Origin: Faecousia sp.
Lineage (GTDB): Bacteria; Bacillota; Clostridia; Oscillospirales; Oscillospiraceae
Length of the DNA stretch: 64,000 bases
Direction of reading: 5' to 3'
NCBI GenBank assembly: GCA_045123795.1
Contig: JBGVKN010000082.1
Location: 26,147 to 90,146, forward strand
Below, piece by piece: positions 40,727 to 51,209 of the stretch; the stretch's first letter is position 1; every line of letters begins with the position of its first letter. Below the pieces are notes generated by a model. That model saw nothing but the letters and a program-made list of their open reading frames with translations. It was not told where the DNA came from and made no database searches. A program made the position numbers and the translations under genes.

Positions 40727-42094
40727 TTATGATTTCAGATCCACAAAACCCAAAACGATATCTTTATAGTTGACTTCCATGGGGTAGGTTTCGGTGGCGA
40801 TCTGCAGGAACTTTGCGGTTTCATTGCTGAGAACGCCGTCACGGCAGGTGCGAATCCACTCCGCTTCAATTTCGGAGCAGTACATCACATGGTAGCCGTA
40901 TTCCGTCTTGATCAGACCGTAGTCGCCGACCTTTCGATCCTTATCCATATACCAGTCCACAAATTCCTCAACGAAATTCGTGTCTGCATTCAGATCCGTA
41001 TACATACCGCCGTTGGTGTTGGAGCCGGTATCATCAGAGTGCTTATTAGCCAGCTCTGCAAAGGTTTCCTCGGTATGCTCGCCATCCAGCCACTGCTGCA
41101 GAAGCTTTTCAGCCTCTTCCTTGCACTTTGCCCACTCGGCATCAGTATAGATCTTCTCGCCCTCTGCATTTTCTTTGCCGCCTTCCAGTTTGATCAGGAT
41201 ATGGCGCACATCGTACATATTGCCGCTGGTTTTGGTGATACCGCTTTCCTTCAAGGCCGCTTCGTTCTTGGTGAAATACTCCTCCAGCATTTCATCGGTG
41301 ACCTTGATTTCGTCGTATCTCTCGGTGAAATACAAATAACCCTTGTAGTACACTTCTCGATAGAACTTGAAATCGTCAAAGGTGCAGCCGGGGCCCATGT
41401 CAGCCTGCAAAAACTTATCTGCTGTTGCAAATCCCTGCTCCATAGCTGCCTTGGTCATGTTTTCTTCCAGCTCGTCGAGGCTCTTCTGGGTTTCCTCATC
41501 CAGCTTCAAGCCTTCCTTTTCAGCCATCAGCGCCATGGACTGATAGTAGTGCCAGCGGTCAAGGGCATCGTCCAGGAAGAATTGCTGCCAAGTCATATCC
41601 ATATCAGGATGCATCTGCTTGTCCAGCGGCGTGTTTACATCCAGACCCATGTAGGCCACGTAATAACCGTAGTTGCTGACGAAATCCATTACGTTCATCC
41701 AGTAGTAAACCTGAAGCTGACCGTTGGTTAAGGTGCGGTCACCGATGGTCGCCACCACTTCATCCCGCTTGTCTGCGGCTTTTTTATCGGAAACGGTGTA
41801 GGAATCCTTATACAACACATCATTTTCACGGGGCTTGAACAAATTCACAATGCTTTGAACACCCTCATCGAAGCTCTCTACGCCAATCACGCTCCAATAG
41901 ACCACCACCGTCAGGCTCAGCAGCAGAACCAAGGCCGCAACACTCGCCACCACGATCTGCCAAGTCTTGACCTTCTTTTTCGGGGCGGGTGCTTCCTCGA
42001 TCACCTCCACAGGCGGTTCGATCTGCTTTTTCCCGCAGAAGGGGCAGACCTCGGTGCCCTTTTTCATGCCTGCGTTGCAGAATTTACATTTCAT
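40727..42094 (-). CDS. Membrane-anchored parvulin-type peptidylprolyl isomerase with N-terminal zinc ribbon
   Basis: CKFC..CPFC, a TM helix, VRHILI, FAELANKHSDD and TEYGYHVM. Confidence 0.85.
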   Translation of the reverse strand: MKCKFCNAGMKKGTEVCPFCGKKQIEPPVEVIEEAPAPKKKVKTWQIVVASVAALVLLLSLTVVVYWSVIGVESFDEGVQSIVNLFKPRENDVLYKDSYTVSDKKAADKRDEVVATIGDRTLTNGQLQVYYWMNVMDFVSNYGYYVAYMGLDVNTPLDKQMHPDMDMTWQQFFLDDALDRWHYYQSMALMAEKEGLKLDEETQKSLDELEENMTKAAMEQGFATADKFLQADMGPGCTFDDFKFYREVYYKGYLYFTERYDEIKVTDEMLEEYFTKNEAALKESGITKTSGNMYDVRHILIKLEGGKENAEGEKIYTDAEWAKCKEEAEKLLQQWLDGEHTEETFAELANKHSDDTGSNTNGGMYTDLNADTNFVEEFVDWYMDKDRKVGDYGLIKTEYGYHVMYCSEIEAEWIRTCRDGVLSNETAKFLQIATETYPMEVNYKDIVLGFVDLKS

Positions 42095-42281
42095 AGTTTC
42101 CTCTTTCTCCGGCTTTGCCGGCGGATAATGTTCCCAGTTTACCACGACTGATATGGATTTGCAATAGAAAACACAATTTATTTACAAATGAATTACCGCT
42201 GAAACCCATGCGGCACTTGAAAATCCGGCAGAAAAATGGTATCATTTTAAGCTAGGATAGTATTATTGGGGGAGTATCGAC

Positions 42282-43682
42282 ATGACAGGAAAAACCACTG
42301 TAATTTCTCAGGATGCACTGAATGTGCAGTTTGATTATTGTGATAAGATTTCCGCCTACTGGCGGGAGCAGGCATATACACCCAAGGCATACGTAGAGAC
42401 CTACGGCTGCCAGCAAAACGAAGCGGATTCTGAAAAGATTCGGGGCATGCTTGTGCAAAGCGGCTATGCCATCATGCAAGAGGCCGAAGGGGCCGATGTA
42501 GTCGTGATGAACACCTGCGCCATTCGGGAGCACGCTGAACAGCGGGTCTTCGGCAATCTGGGCGCACTGGTACACACCAAGCGCCGCCACCCCGGGCAGA
42601 AAGTTTTCCTGTGCGGCTGTATGGCCGGCGAAGAAGTGGTATCCCAGCGAATCAAAAATAGCTACCATCATGTGGACGGCGTCTTCTCTACCCACCACCT
42701 GTGGCAGTTCCCGGAGATTTTGCACAACGTTCTTTTTAAGCGGAAGCGGCAGTTTTACGTAACCGACGAGCCCGGCTCCATCGCTGAAGGCATTCCGCAG
42801 GTACGGGACAATAAGCTGAAGGCATGGGTATCCATCATGTACGGCTGCAACAATTTCTGCACCTACTGCATCGTGCCCTACGTCCGTGGCCGGGAACGCA
42901 GCCGCAAGCCGGAGGATATCATCGCCGAATGCAAGGAATTGATCGCCGGGGGCATTAAGGAGATCACATTGCTGGGTCAGAACGTCAATTCCTACGGCAA
43001 GGATCTGAACTGCGGCGTAGATTTTTCCGATCTGCTTGCCATGATTGCAGAGCTTGATGGCGATTTCCTTGTTCGCTTTATGACCAGCCATCCGAGGGAT
43101 GCAGGCAAAAAGCTCTTTGATACCATGGCGAAGTACGACAAAATCGCCAAGCAGCTGCATCTGCCTTTCCAGTCCGGCTCATCCAGAGTGCTCAAAGCCA
43201 TGAACCGGCACTATGATCGGGAGAAGTATCTGGCGGCGGTGGAATACGCCAAATCCGTCATGCCGGAGCTGGTGCTGACTTCCGACGTGATCGTGGGCTT
43301 CCCCGGGGAAACGGAGGAAGAATTTGAGGAGACCATTTCTTTGATTGAAGCGGTGCGCTACGATGCCCTGTTTACCTTCATCTTCTCTCCCCGCCACGGC
43401 ACCCCGGCGGCAAGCATGGATGACCCCACCCCTAAGGAGGAAAAGAACCGTCGGTTTGACAAGCTCTGCGCTGTGCAGAACCGAATCTCTGAGGAAATTC
43501 ACGCCGCCTATGTAGGGCGCACCATGCGCTGCCTGGTGGACGGCGTAGACGGCGATCAGCTCACCGCCCGCACCGAGGGTGGCCGGCTGGTGCGCTTTGC
43601 CGGTTGCGAAGAACTGATCGGCACTTATCAGAATGTTACCATCACCGGCTCTACCACATGGAGCCTGATCGGCACGCTGTAA
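42282..43682 (+). CDS. miaB: tRNA-2-methylthio-N6-isopentenyladenosine synthase
   Basis: TYGCQQNEADS, CNNFCTYC radical-SAM motif and TRAM domain. Confidence 0.95.
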   Translation: MTGKTTVISQDALNVQFDYCDKISAYWREQAYTPKAYVETYGCQQNEADSEKIRGMLVQSGYAIMQEAEGADVVVMNTCAIREHAEQRVFGNLGALVHTKRRHPGQKVFLCGCMAGEEVVSQRIKNSYHHVDGVFSTHHLWQFPEILHNVLFKRKRQFYVTDEPGSIAEGIPQVRDNKLKAWVSIMYGCNNFCTYCIVPYVRGRERSRKPEDIIAECKELIAGGIKEITLLGQNVNSYGKDLNCGVDFSDLLAMIAELDGDFLVRFMTSHPRDAGKKLFDTMAKYDKIAKQLHLPFQSGSSRVLKAMNRHYDREKYLAAVEYAKSVMPELVLTSDVIVGFPGETEEEFEETISLIEAVRYDALFTFIFSPRHGTPAASMDDPTPKEEKNRRFDKLCAVQNRISEEIHAAYVGRTMRCLVDGVDGDQLTARTEGGRLVRFAGCEELIGTYQNVTITGSTTWSLIGTL

Positions 43683-43708
43683 GCGTGCCCAGTTGAGAGG
43701 TGTAATTC

Positions 43709-46312
43709 ATGGCAAAGCCTACGAATGAACTGACGCCCATGCAGCGGCAGTACAACGATATCAAAGAACGCAATCAGGATTGTATCCTGTTCTTCCGACT
43801 GGGTGACTTCTACGAAATGTTCAACGACGATGCCCGGGTGGCCGCCAAAGAGCTGGATCTGACCCTGACCACCCGTGACCGGGGCAAGCCCAAAGAGGAA
43901 CAGACCCCCATGTGCGGTGTGCCCTATCACAGCGTAGATGCCTACATCGCCCGGCTGGTGCAAAAGGGCTACAAGGTCGCCATCTGCGAGCAGATGCAAG
44001 ACCCCGCCACCACCAAAGGTCTTGTCGAGCGGGATATCACCCGCATCGTCACCCCCGGCACCGTCACCGAAAGCTGTATGCTGGACGAAAGCAAGAACAA
44101 CTACATGGCTTGCATTTACGGCGAGGGCGGCAAGTTTGGCCTTGCTTTCTGCGATGTATCCACCGGTGCGTTTTTCGTCACTGTCTGCGCCGATGCCAAT
44201 GCGGCAGCATCGGAGCTGGGTCGGTTCTCCCCCTCTGAGGTCATTCGCTTCGGCAGCGGTGTGGAGGAGGAAGTGCTTTCCGATGCCCTGTTCCGCCGTC
44301 TGAGCTGCTGCGTGGGCGAAGGCAAGCCTGAACAATTTAACCTTGAATCGTCCGAAGCGCTGCTGGAGCGGCATTTCGGTGCACCCCTTGCTCAGCTTGG
44401 GATCACCGGACTGCCTACGGCGATCATCGCCGCAGGCACCCTGCTGCAAACACTGCTGACCCTGCAAAAAAATGATTTGGCTCACATCCGGGAGCTGCAA
44501 TACTACACCACCGGACGGTTTATGGAGCTGGATATGGATGCCCGTCGGAATTTGGAGCTGACGGAAACCATGCGCTCCAAGGAAAAGAAGGGCACACTGC
44601 TGTGGGTGCTGGACAAGACCCACACCGCCATGGGCGGACGGCTGATCCGCAGCTGGCTGGAAAAGCCCCTCTTAGACCCCATCGAGATTGGGCGGCGGCA
44701 AGGAGCTGTGGAAGAACTGGTCAACGCCCCCATTTGCCGAGGTGAGCTGATTGAAGCATTGAAGGACGTGACAGATCTGGAGCGAGTCATGACCAGAGTG
44801 GTCACCGGCACGGTCAACTGCCGGGATCTATTGGGTCTTGCAAGGGGTCTGCGTGCGCTGCCGTTGGTAAAAGCGCAGCTTGCCCAGACTGATGCACCTC
44901 TACTTCGCAAGCTGGAGCAGGCGATCGATCCCCTGACCGACTGCGCCGACCGCATCGAACAGACCATTGTAGACGAACCTCCCCTGACTGTGCGGGAAGG
45001 CGGCATCATCCGCAAGGGTGCCAACGCCGATGCGGATCGTCTTCGTGATATCATGGAGGGCGGCTCCGGCACCATTGTCGCCATTGAAGCTGCGGAACGG
45101 GAAAAGACCGGTATCCGCACCTTAAAAGTTAGCTTCAACCGGGTTTTCGGTTATTATATTGAAGTTTCCAAATCCTTTATGGATCAGGTTCCTGCCCACT
45201 ATGTCCGCAAGCAGACCCTTGCCAACTGCGAGCGTTACATCACGCAGGAACTGAAAGAGCTGGAAGATCAGGTACTCACCGCCAAGGATCGGCTGACAGC
45301 ATTGGAATATCAGATCTTCACGGAGCTGAGAGAGTATCTTGCCTCTCAAGCCGCCCGGGTGCAGCTTAGCGCCGCAGCGGTGGCTGCCGCCGATGCCCTG
45401 TGCAGCCTCGCCACCGTTGCCATCCAGCGGGGCTACTGCCGCCCGGAGATCAGTCTGGGCAACGAAATTTCCATCACCGACGGACGGCATCCGGTGGTAG
45501 AGGTCATGCTCAAGGACACTCTGTTCGTTCCCAACGACACCCGGCTGGGCAGCCACGACGATCAGGTATCCATCATCACCGGCCCCAACATGGCTGGTAA
45601 ATCCACCTATATGCGTCAGGTTGCTCTGATCGTACTGATGGCTCAGATGGGCTCGTTTGTGCCCGCAAAGGCTGCCAAAATCGGTCTGGTTGACCGGGTG
45701 TTCACCCGAATTGGTGCCAGCGATGACTTGGCATCCGGTCAGTCCACCTTCATGGTGGAAATGTCCGAGGTGGCATCCATCCTGAAATATGCAACCTCCC
45801 GGAGTCTGCTGATTTTGGATGAAATCGGTCGTGGCACCTCTACGTATGATGGCATGGCCATCGCTCGGGCGGTGCTGGAATATGCCGCCAACCCCCGAAA
45901 ATTGGGTGCAAAAACTCTGTTTGCTACCCATTACCACGAGCTTTCCACCATTGAAGCCGAGCTGCCCAATGTTAAAAATTACAACATTGCCGTGAAAAAG
46001 CGGGGCGATCAGATGATCTTCCTGCGCAAAATCGTCCCCGGTGCGGCGGATGACAGCTACGGCGTAGAGGTTGCCAAGCTGGCAGGACTGCCGGGCGCCG
46101 TAGTCAGCCGAGCCAGAGAGATCTTGGCGGAGCTGGAGAGCCAGAACGGTGTTCAGCGTGTTATCGTTAACGAAGAACCGGAGGATCAGATCAGCATGCT
46201 GGATCTGCGTTCCCAGCAGGTCTGCGCCGCTCTGAGCGCCATTACTGTGGAAACTCTGACCCCCATTGAAGCTATGAATGAGCTTTATAAATTGAAGAAA
46301 ATGTTGGATTGA
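43709..46312 (+). CDS. mutS: DNA mismatch repair protein MutS
   Basis: FRLGDFYEMF, TGPNMAGKST and DEIGRGTST. Confidence 0.97.
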   Translation: MAKPTNELTPMQRQYNDIKERNQDCILFFRLGDFYEMFNDDARVAAKELDLTLTTRDRGKPKEEQTPMCGVPYHSVDAYIARLVQKGYKVAICEQMQDPATTKGLVERDITRIVTPGTVTESCMLDESKNNYMACIYGEGGKFGLAFCDVSTGAFFVTVCADANAAASELGRFSPSEVIRFGSGVEEEVLSDALFRRLSCCVGEGKPEQFNLESSEALLERHFGAPLAQLGITGLPTAIIAAGTLLQTLLTLQKNDLAHIRELQYYTTGRFMELDMDARRNLELTETMRSKEKKGTLLWVLDKTHTAMGGRLIRSWLEKPLLDPIEIGRRQGAVEELVNAPICRGELIEALKDVTDLERVMTRVVTGTVNCRDLLGLARGLRALPLVKAQLAQTDAPLLRKLEQAIDPLTDCADRIEQTIVDEPPLTVREGGIIRKGANADADRLRDIMEGGSGTIVAIEAAEREKTGIRTLKVSFNRVFGYYIEVSKSFMDQVPAHYVRKQTLANCERYITQELKELEDQVLTAKDRLTALEYQIFTELREYLASQAARVQLSAAAVAAADALCSLATVAIQRGYCRPEISLGNEISITDGRHPVVEVMLKDTLFVPNDTRLGSHDDQVSIITGPNMAGKSTYMRQVALIVLMAQMGSFVPAKAAKIGLVDRVFTRIGASDDLASGQSTFMVEMSEVASILKYATSRSLLILDEIGRGTSTYDGMAIARAVLEYAANPRKLGAKTLFATHYHELSTIEAELPNVKNYNIAVKKRGDQMIFLRKIVPGAADDSYGVEVAKLAGLPGAVVSRAREILAELESQNGVQRVIVNEEPEDQISMLDLRSQQVCAALSAITVETLTPIEAMNELYKLKKMLD

Positions 46313-46323
46313 CAGGTGATATT

Positions 46324-48333
46324 ATGCCTAAAATCATTCAATTATCCCCCCATATCGCCAATCTGATCGCCGCCGGTGAGGTTGTGGAGCGTCCGGCATC
46401 CGTTGTCAAGGAACTGCTGGAAAATGCCGTGGATGCCGGTGCATCCAAGGTGACCATCGAGATTCGGGACGGCGGCATGACCTTCCTGCGTGTCACGGAC
46501 AACGGCTGCGGCATGGCCCCGGAGGACGCAAAAACCGCCTTCCTGCGTCATGCAACCTCTAAATTGCGCACCGCCGAGGACTTAGCTGCCATCGCCACCA
46601 TGGGTTTCCGTGGTGAAGCCTTAGCCGCCATTGCCTCCGTCAGCCGCATTGATCTGATGACCAAGACCGCCGGAGCCCTCATGGGCATCAGTCTACATCT
46701 GGAAGCCGGGGTCATCACGGAAGAATCCGAAGCCGGATGCCCCGATGGCACCACCATCATCATCCGGGATCTGTTCTTCAACACCCCGGCGAGAATGAAA
46801 TTTATGAAATCCGACTCCGTAGAAGGCAGCCGGGTGGCTGCCGCCGTGCAGATGCAGGCGCTGGCCCATCCGGAGGTGTCTTTCTCTTTCATCCGGGACG
46901 GCAAGCAAGTGCTGTCCACCCCCGGCACCGGTGGACTGGAGGCCGCTGTTTACAGCGTCTATGGGCGAGAATGTGCCAAAATGGTCAAGGTAGAAAGCCG
47001 CTGGGAGCAGTATTCTCTGTCCGGCTATGTGTCCAAGCCCACAGATTCCCGACCCAGCCGGAGCTTGCAGACCTTCTTTGTCAACGACCGCCCGGTGAAG
47101 TCCAGACTGCTGATCGCCGCACTGGAGGAGGCCTACCGCAATCAGATTATGGTGGGCAAATTCCCAGCCTGCGTGCTGCATTTGCGTCTGCCTGCCAATG
47201 CGGTAGATGTGAATGTCCATCCGGCAAAGACGGAAGTGAAATTCCTGTCGGAAAAGGCGGTATTTGACTGCGTTCACTACGGCGTGCTGGGTGCGCTGAA
47301 TAAGACCCCCGATCGGCCGCAGGTGCAGTTTTCCAAGCCGCAAGCAAACCTCGGCCCCCTCCCTGAAGGGGCTGGCACGGCGCAAGCCGTGACTGGGGGA
47401 ATGTCCTATCCTTCGAGCGACACTCCCTCCGCCCCTACGGGGCACCTCCCTCAGAGAGGGAGGCAAGATGCACTACCCGGGCACAAGCAGGACTTCTTCC
47501 GCACCATGACTCCGGCAGAATACAAGGTATTTTCTGAAGTCATTGCTGATGCGCCCAAGCCCAAGCCGGAGGCCGCCATTGCAACTGTTGCGAAAATTGA
47601 GCGCAGTTCGCCCCCTCCCCTGCGGGAGTTCGTGATGATTCCCCAGCCTGAGAAACCCATCGCACCCGCTCCTGTTGTACAGGAGATTGCCACGTCGGCT
47701 CCTGTGGAGCCTCCTCGCAATGACACGCAGGAAATGAAGCAGGAACAGCTCCCCATGCCGGAGGAGATCCAGTGGCGCATGGTGGGCGAGCTGTACAATT
47801 CCTATATTCTTGTAGAGGAAGGGGACAATGCGTTCCTCATTGACAAGCACGCCGCCCATGAGCGCATTCTCTTTGACAAGCTGAAAGCAAATCAGGAGGC
47901 CATTTCGAGCCAGACCTTACTGACCCCCATTCCGGTGCGGCTTAGCGCCGAGGGTGCGGCAGAGCTGCTGAACAACAAGGCAGTGCTGGACGAACTAGGC
48001 TTTGAAATTGACGAATTTGGTGAAAATACCGTGCTATTGCGGCAGATTCCCATGGATCTTTCTCCCGATGACGCAGCGGACGCAGCGGAAACGCTGGCTG
48101 CAGACCTCTTAAACGGTCGCCACGACAGCAAGGATACGGTACGGGACGAGGTTCTTCACACCGTTGCCTGCAAGGCCGCCATCAAGGCCGGCTGGACCAC
48201 CAGTGATACCGAACTACTAGCCCTTGTGAAGCAGGTCATGGCGAGAGAGGATTTGAAGTATTGCCCCCACGGCCGGCCTATTTGCATTACACTGAGCAAG
48301 AAACAGTTGGAAAAGCAGTTTAAGAGGGCGTAA
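46324..48333 (+). CDS. mutL: DNA mismatch repair endonuclease MutL
   Basis: AAGEVVERP, GFRGEAL, DKHAAHER and CPHGRP. Confidence 0.97.
   Translation: MPKIIQLSPHIANLIAAGEVVERPASVVKELLENAVDAGASKVTIEIRDGGMTFLRVTDNGCGMAPEDAKTAFLRHATSKLRTAEDLAAIATMGFRGEALAAIASVSRIDLMTKTAGALMGISLHLEAGVITEESEAGCPDGTTIIIRDLFFNTPARMKFMKSDSVEGSRVAAAVQMQALAHPEVSFSFIRDGKQVLSTPGTGGLEAAVYSVYGRECAKMVKVESRWEQYSLSGYVSKPTDSRPSRSLQTFFVNDRPVKSRLLIAALEEAYRNQIMVGKFPACVLHLRLPANAVDVNVHPAKTEVKFLSEKAVFDCVHYGVLGALNKTPDRPQVQFSKPQANLGPLPEGAGTAQAVTGGMSYPSSDTPSAPTGHLPQRGRQDALPGHKQDFFRTMTPAEYKVFSEVIADAPKPKPEAAIATVAKIERSSPPPLREFVMIPQPEKPIAPAPVVQEIATSAPVEPPRNDTQEMKQEQLPMPEEIQWRMVGELYNSYILVEEGDNAFLIDKHAAHERILFDKLKANQEAISSQTLLTPIPVRLSAEGAAELLNNKAVLDELGFEIDEFGENTVLLRQIPMDLSPDDAADAAETLAADLLNGRHDSKDTVRDEVLHTVACKAAIKAGWTTSDTELLALVKQVMAREDLKYCPHGRPICITLSKKQLEKQFKRA
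47353..47465. repeat. Palindromic repeat (MITE copy 2/3 interior family) in frame in the mutL linker
   Basis: GGCCCCCTCCCTGAAGGGGCTGGCACGGCGCAAGCCGTGACTGGGGGA resembles 6969-7017; ends with hairpin CCTCCCTC-AGA-GAGGGAGG. Confidence 0.7.
47682..47724. repeat. GGAGATTGCCACG..CTCGCAATGAC repeat, copy inside mutL
   Basis: Same flanks as the copies at 48624 and 52700. Confidence 0.8.
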
Positions 48334-48358
48334 GGTCAATTTGAAAAGGAGCATATCC

Positions 48359-48613
48359 ATGAACAACACAAAACGTTTCAGAATGATTTTGATTATACTG
48401 GCAATCGCTTTGGTCGTGATTCCCGTTATGATCGTTGGCATTACTGGAAACGGCTTGGGTGAGATCGTCAGTCATACAGTGATCTCTTTGAGCATCCTTT
48501 GCGCCATCGGTGCGATCATGCTGGGTGCTGATGAAAAGAATAAATACAAATTTTACTTCAAAGCTGGGATCAGCATCGCTCTGCTGATCGTACTGGTTGG
48601 TCTTTGGATTTGA
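48359..48613 (+). CDS. Small 3-TM hypothetical membrane protein
   Basis: AAAGGAG RBS; three hydrophobic segments; visibly more AT-rich than its neighbours. Confidence 0.7.
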   Translation: MNNTKRFRMILIILAIALVVIPVMIVGITGNGLGEIVSHTVISLSILCAIGAIMLGADEKNKYKFYFKAGISIALLIVLVGLWI

Positions 48614-48623
48614 CCTTTTACCA

Positions 48624-48661
48624 GGAGATTGCCACGGGCGGGAAGCCGCCCTCGCAATGAC
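48624..48661. repeat. GGAGATTGCCACG..CTCGCAATGAC repeat
   Basis: Inner stem GGGCGG-GAAG-CCGCCC. Confidence 0.8.
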
Positions 48662-48684
48662 AGCGTTATTTTAGGAGTTCCGAA

Positions 48685-49608
48685 ATGAACAACATTATCT
48701 GCATTGCCGGGCCCACGGCCTCCGGCAAGACTGCGCTGGCGGTGGAGCTGGCTAAGGAATTGAATGGCGAAGTGGTTTCCTGCGACTCTATGCAAATCTA
48801 CCGCCGCATGAACATCGGCACTGCCAAACCTACACCAGAAGAAATGCAGGGCATCGTCCACCATATGCTGGATGTCGCCGAGCCGGAGGAGGATTTTTCC
48901 GTCAGCCGCTACTGCGAAATGGCAAGCCCCATCGTGGACGATATCATCGCACAGGGCAAGACTGCCATCATCGCCGGCGGCACCGGGCTTTACATGGATG
49001 CACTGATCAAAGGCAACGATTTCGCCCCCTGCCCCGCCACCGGGCGGCGTGAAGAACTGGAAGAAAAGGCTGACCGTGAGGGCATGGAAGTCCTGATGGA
49101 CTGGCTCCGAGAAATCGATCCCGAGGCCGCCGCACGGCTCCATCTTTCCGACAGAAAGCGCATCATTCGGGCGCTGGAAGTGTATCTGGAAACCGGAGAA
49201 ACCATCACCGCTCACAATATAAAAACACAGCAGATCCCGCCGAAATACAGCCCTCTCTGGCTGGGGCTTGACTTTGCCGAACGCTCCGAGCTTTACCGCC
49301 GCATCGATCTGCGGGTGGACTTAATGCTGGAAATGGGGCTGATCGACGAAATCAAAGCGTTGCTTGCAGAGGGTGTACCGGCTAATTGCACCGCCATGCA
49401 AGCCATCGGCTACAAAGAATTCGTGTCCGCTCTGGACGGCAACGGAACCATCGAAGAAGCCGCCGCCCTCGTACAGCAGTCCTCCCGGCGGTACGCCAAG
49501 CGGCAATTGACTTGGTTCCGCCGGAACAAAAGCATGAACTGGCTCATTCGGGATCGAGAGGAAATTCTTGAGAAGGCTCGACAGATTGCACTGGCAAATG
49601 ACAACTGA
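48685..49608 (+). CDS. miaA: tRNA dimethylallyltransferase
   Basis: GPTASGKT, DSMQIY..IGTAKP and YAKRQLTWFR. Confidence 0.96.
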   Translation: MNNIICIAGPTASGKTALAVELAKELNGEVVSCDSMQIYRRMNIGTAKPTPEEMQGIVHHMLDVAEPEEDFSVSRYCEMASPIVDDIIAQGKTAIIAGGTGLYMDALIKGNDFAPCPATGRREELEEKADREGMEVLMDWLREIDPEAAARLHLSDRKRIIRALEVYLETGETITAHNIKTQQIPPKYSPLWLGLDFAERSELYRRIDLRVDLMLEMGLIDEIKALLAEGVPANCTAMQAIGYKEFVSALDGNGTIEEAAALVQQSSRRYAKRQLTWFRRNKSMNWLIRDREEILEKARQIALANDN

Positions 49609-49656
49609 ATATCCGTAAGATATATGTGTCCCAATCCAAAGAAAGAAGGTATACAT

Positions 49657-49884
49657 ATGTCTGACGCAGTAAATTTACAGGACGCCATTTTGAATGAAGT
49701 GCGGCGGGACCGGGTTCCCGTGACGCTTTTCCTGATGAACGGCTTCCAGCTCCGGGGAATCGTCACAGGTTTCGACAGCTTCGTGGTGGTGCTGGTGACC
49801 GATGGCAAGCAGCAGATGATCTACAAGCACGCCATTTCCACCCTTGCACCCATGAAGCAGCTCAAGGCCGCTGCAACCGCATAA
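49657..49884 (+). CDS. hfq: RNA chaperone Hfq
   Basis: [16 protein letters not shown] and IYKHAIST; follows miaA. Confidence 0.95.
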   Translation: MSDAVNLQDAILNEVRRDRVPVTLFLMNGFQLRGIVTGFDSFVVVLVTDGKQQMIYKHAISTLAPMKQLKAAATA

Positions 49885-49962
49885 GTGACACAAAAAGGCG
49901 ACGGAGGTTGATCCGTTGCCTTTTTTGTGCGGTAAATTCTACAAACAGAAAGGTCAAATCTT

Positions 49963-50673
49963 ATGTCCATTGCTGAAAATGTTGCCGCTATCAAAGCGGA
50001 TATTGAACGTGCTGCCATTGCGGCAGGCCGTGATCCAAAAGAAATCAAGCTCTGCGCCGCCACCAAAATGAACAGCGCCGACAACGTCCGTCAGGCCATC
50101 GCCGCCGGTGTTGACTGCTGCGGCGAAAACCGAGTGCAGGAGTTGACGCAAAAGCTGTCAGAAAATGCTTATGAAGGCGCACCTGTCCACTTCATCGGTC
50201 ATTTGCAGACCAACAAAGTCAAACAGGTGGTGGGCAAAGTGGATCTCATCCAGAGCGTTGACCGCCTCAAGCTGTTGGAATGCATTCAGGCAGAGGCCGC
50301 CAAGCAGGGCATCGTGCAGGACATTCTGCTGGAGATCAACATCGGTGAAGAAGAAAGCAAAAGCGGCTTCGGTATCGACGATATTCTGCCTTTGGTGGAA
50401 AATATGACCGAATATCCCAATGTTCAGGTTCGTGGATTGATGGCAATTCCGCCGATTTGCGAGAATCCGGGGGATAACGACAAATTTTTTCTGGAAATTT
50501 ACAAGCTTTCTGTTGACATAACGGCAAAAAAATACGATAATGTATATGTCGATATTTTATCCATGGGAATGTCCGGGGATTACGCAGATGCGATCCGCTG
50601 CGGCAGCACCATGATTCGAGTAGGCACCGCCATCTTTGGTGCCAGAGACTACACCAAGCCGCATCAGAATTGA
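49963..50673 (+). CDS. yggS: PLP homeostasis protein (YggS family)
   Basis: GENRVQE, HFIGHLQTNK and LSMGMSGD. Confidence 0.93.
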   Translation: MSIAENVAAIKADIERAAIAAGRDPKEIKLCAATKMNSADNVRQAIAAGVDCCGENRVQELTQKLSENAYEGAPVHFIGHLQTNKVKQVVGKVDLIQSVDRLKLLECIQAEAAKQGIVQDILLEINIGEEESKSGFGIDDILPLVENMTEYPNVQVRGLMAIPPICENPGDNDKFFLEIYKLSVDITAKKYDNVYVDILSMGMSGDYADAIRCGSTMIRVGTAIFGARDYTKPHQN

Positions 50674-50696
50674 TGTACATACAGGAGGAAACAGAA

Positions 50697-51191
50697 ATGA
50701 GCTTTTGGGACAATGTAAAGAAATTCACTCAGCCTTACGCAGACGACGAATACGATGATTACGACGACGGCATGGATGGCTACGAGGAGGAGACTCCCCG
50801 CCGCAGCCGCAGCGCCGCTTCTGAAGAAAGCACCGGTTTCAACTTTGATGCCGCTTCCAGCACCCCCAGCGCCAAGTCCGGCAGCTTCAGCGGTCAAGTG
50901 CTGAATATCAACTCCGGCAAGCAGGAGGTCGTCCTGTTCCGCCCCACCACCTTCAACGATACTTCCAAGGCCGCCGATGATCTGCGGGATAAGAAGGCCA
51001 TCATCGTCAACATGGAGAATGTGGACAAGGCTCTGGCCCGCCGGGTCGTGGACTTCCTGTCCGGCTGCGCCTATTCTCTGGATGGCAAGGTCAACAAGAT
51101 CGCCCAGTCCACTTACCTGTTCGTGCCCCACAGCATGGATGTGGTCGGCGATCTGGAGAACATCCAGAACGAAGCTGAGAGCTACATCTAA
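50697..51191 (+). CDS. sepF: Cell division protein SepF
   Basis: RRVVDFLSG..YSLDG..YLFVP. Confidence 0.92.
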   Translation: MSFWDNVKKFTQPYADDEYDDYDDGMDGYEEETPRRSRSAASEESTGFNFDAASSTPSAKSGSFSGQVLNINSGKQEVVLFRPTTFNDTSKAADDLRDKKAIIVNMENVDKALARRVVDFLSGCAYSLDGKVNKIAQSTYLFVPHSMDVVGDLENIQNEAESYI

Positions 51192-51209
51192 AGACAGAGA
51201 GGATTCGCT

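Noticed and set aside
40711-40730. (CTTAT)4 next to a bidirectional terminator
   Set aside because: Too short, and no evidence of function.
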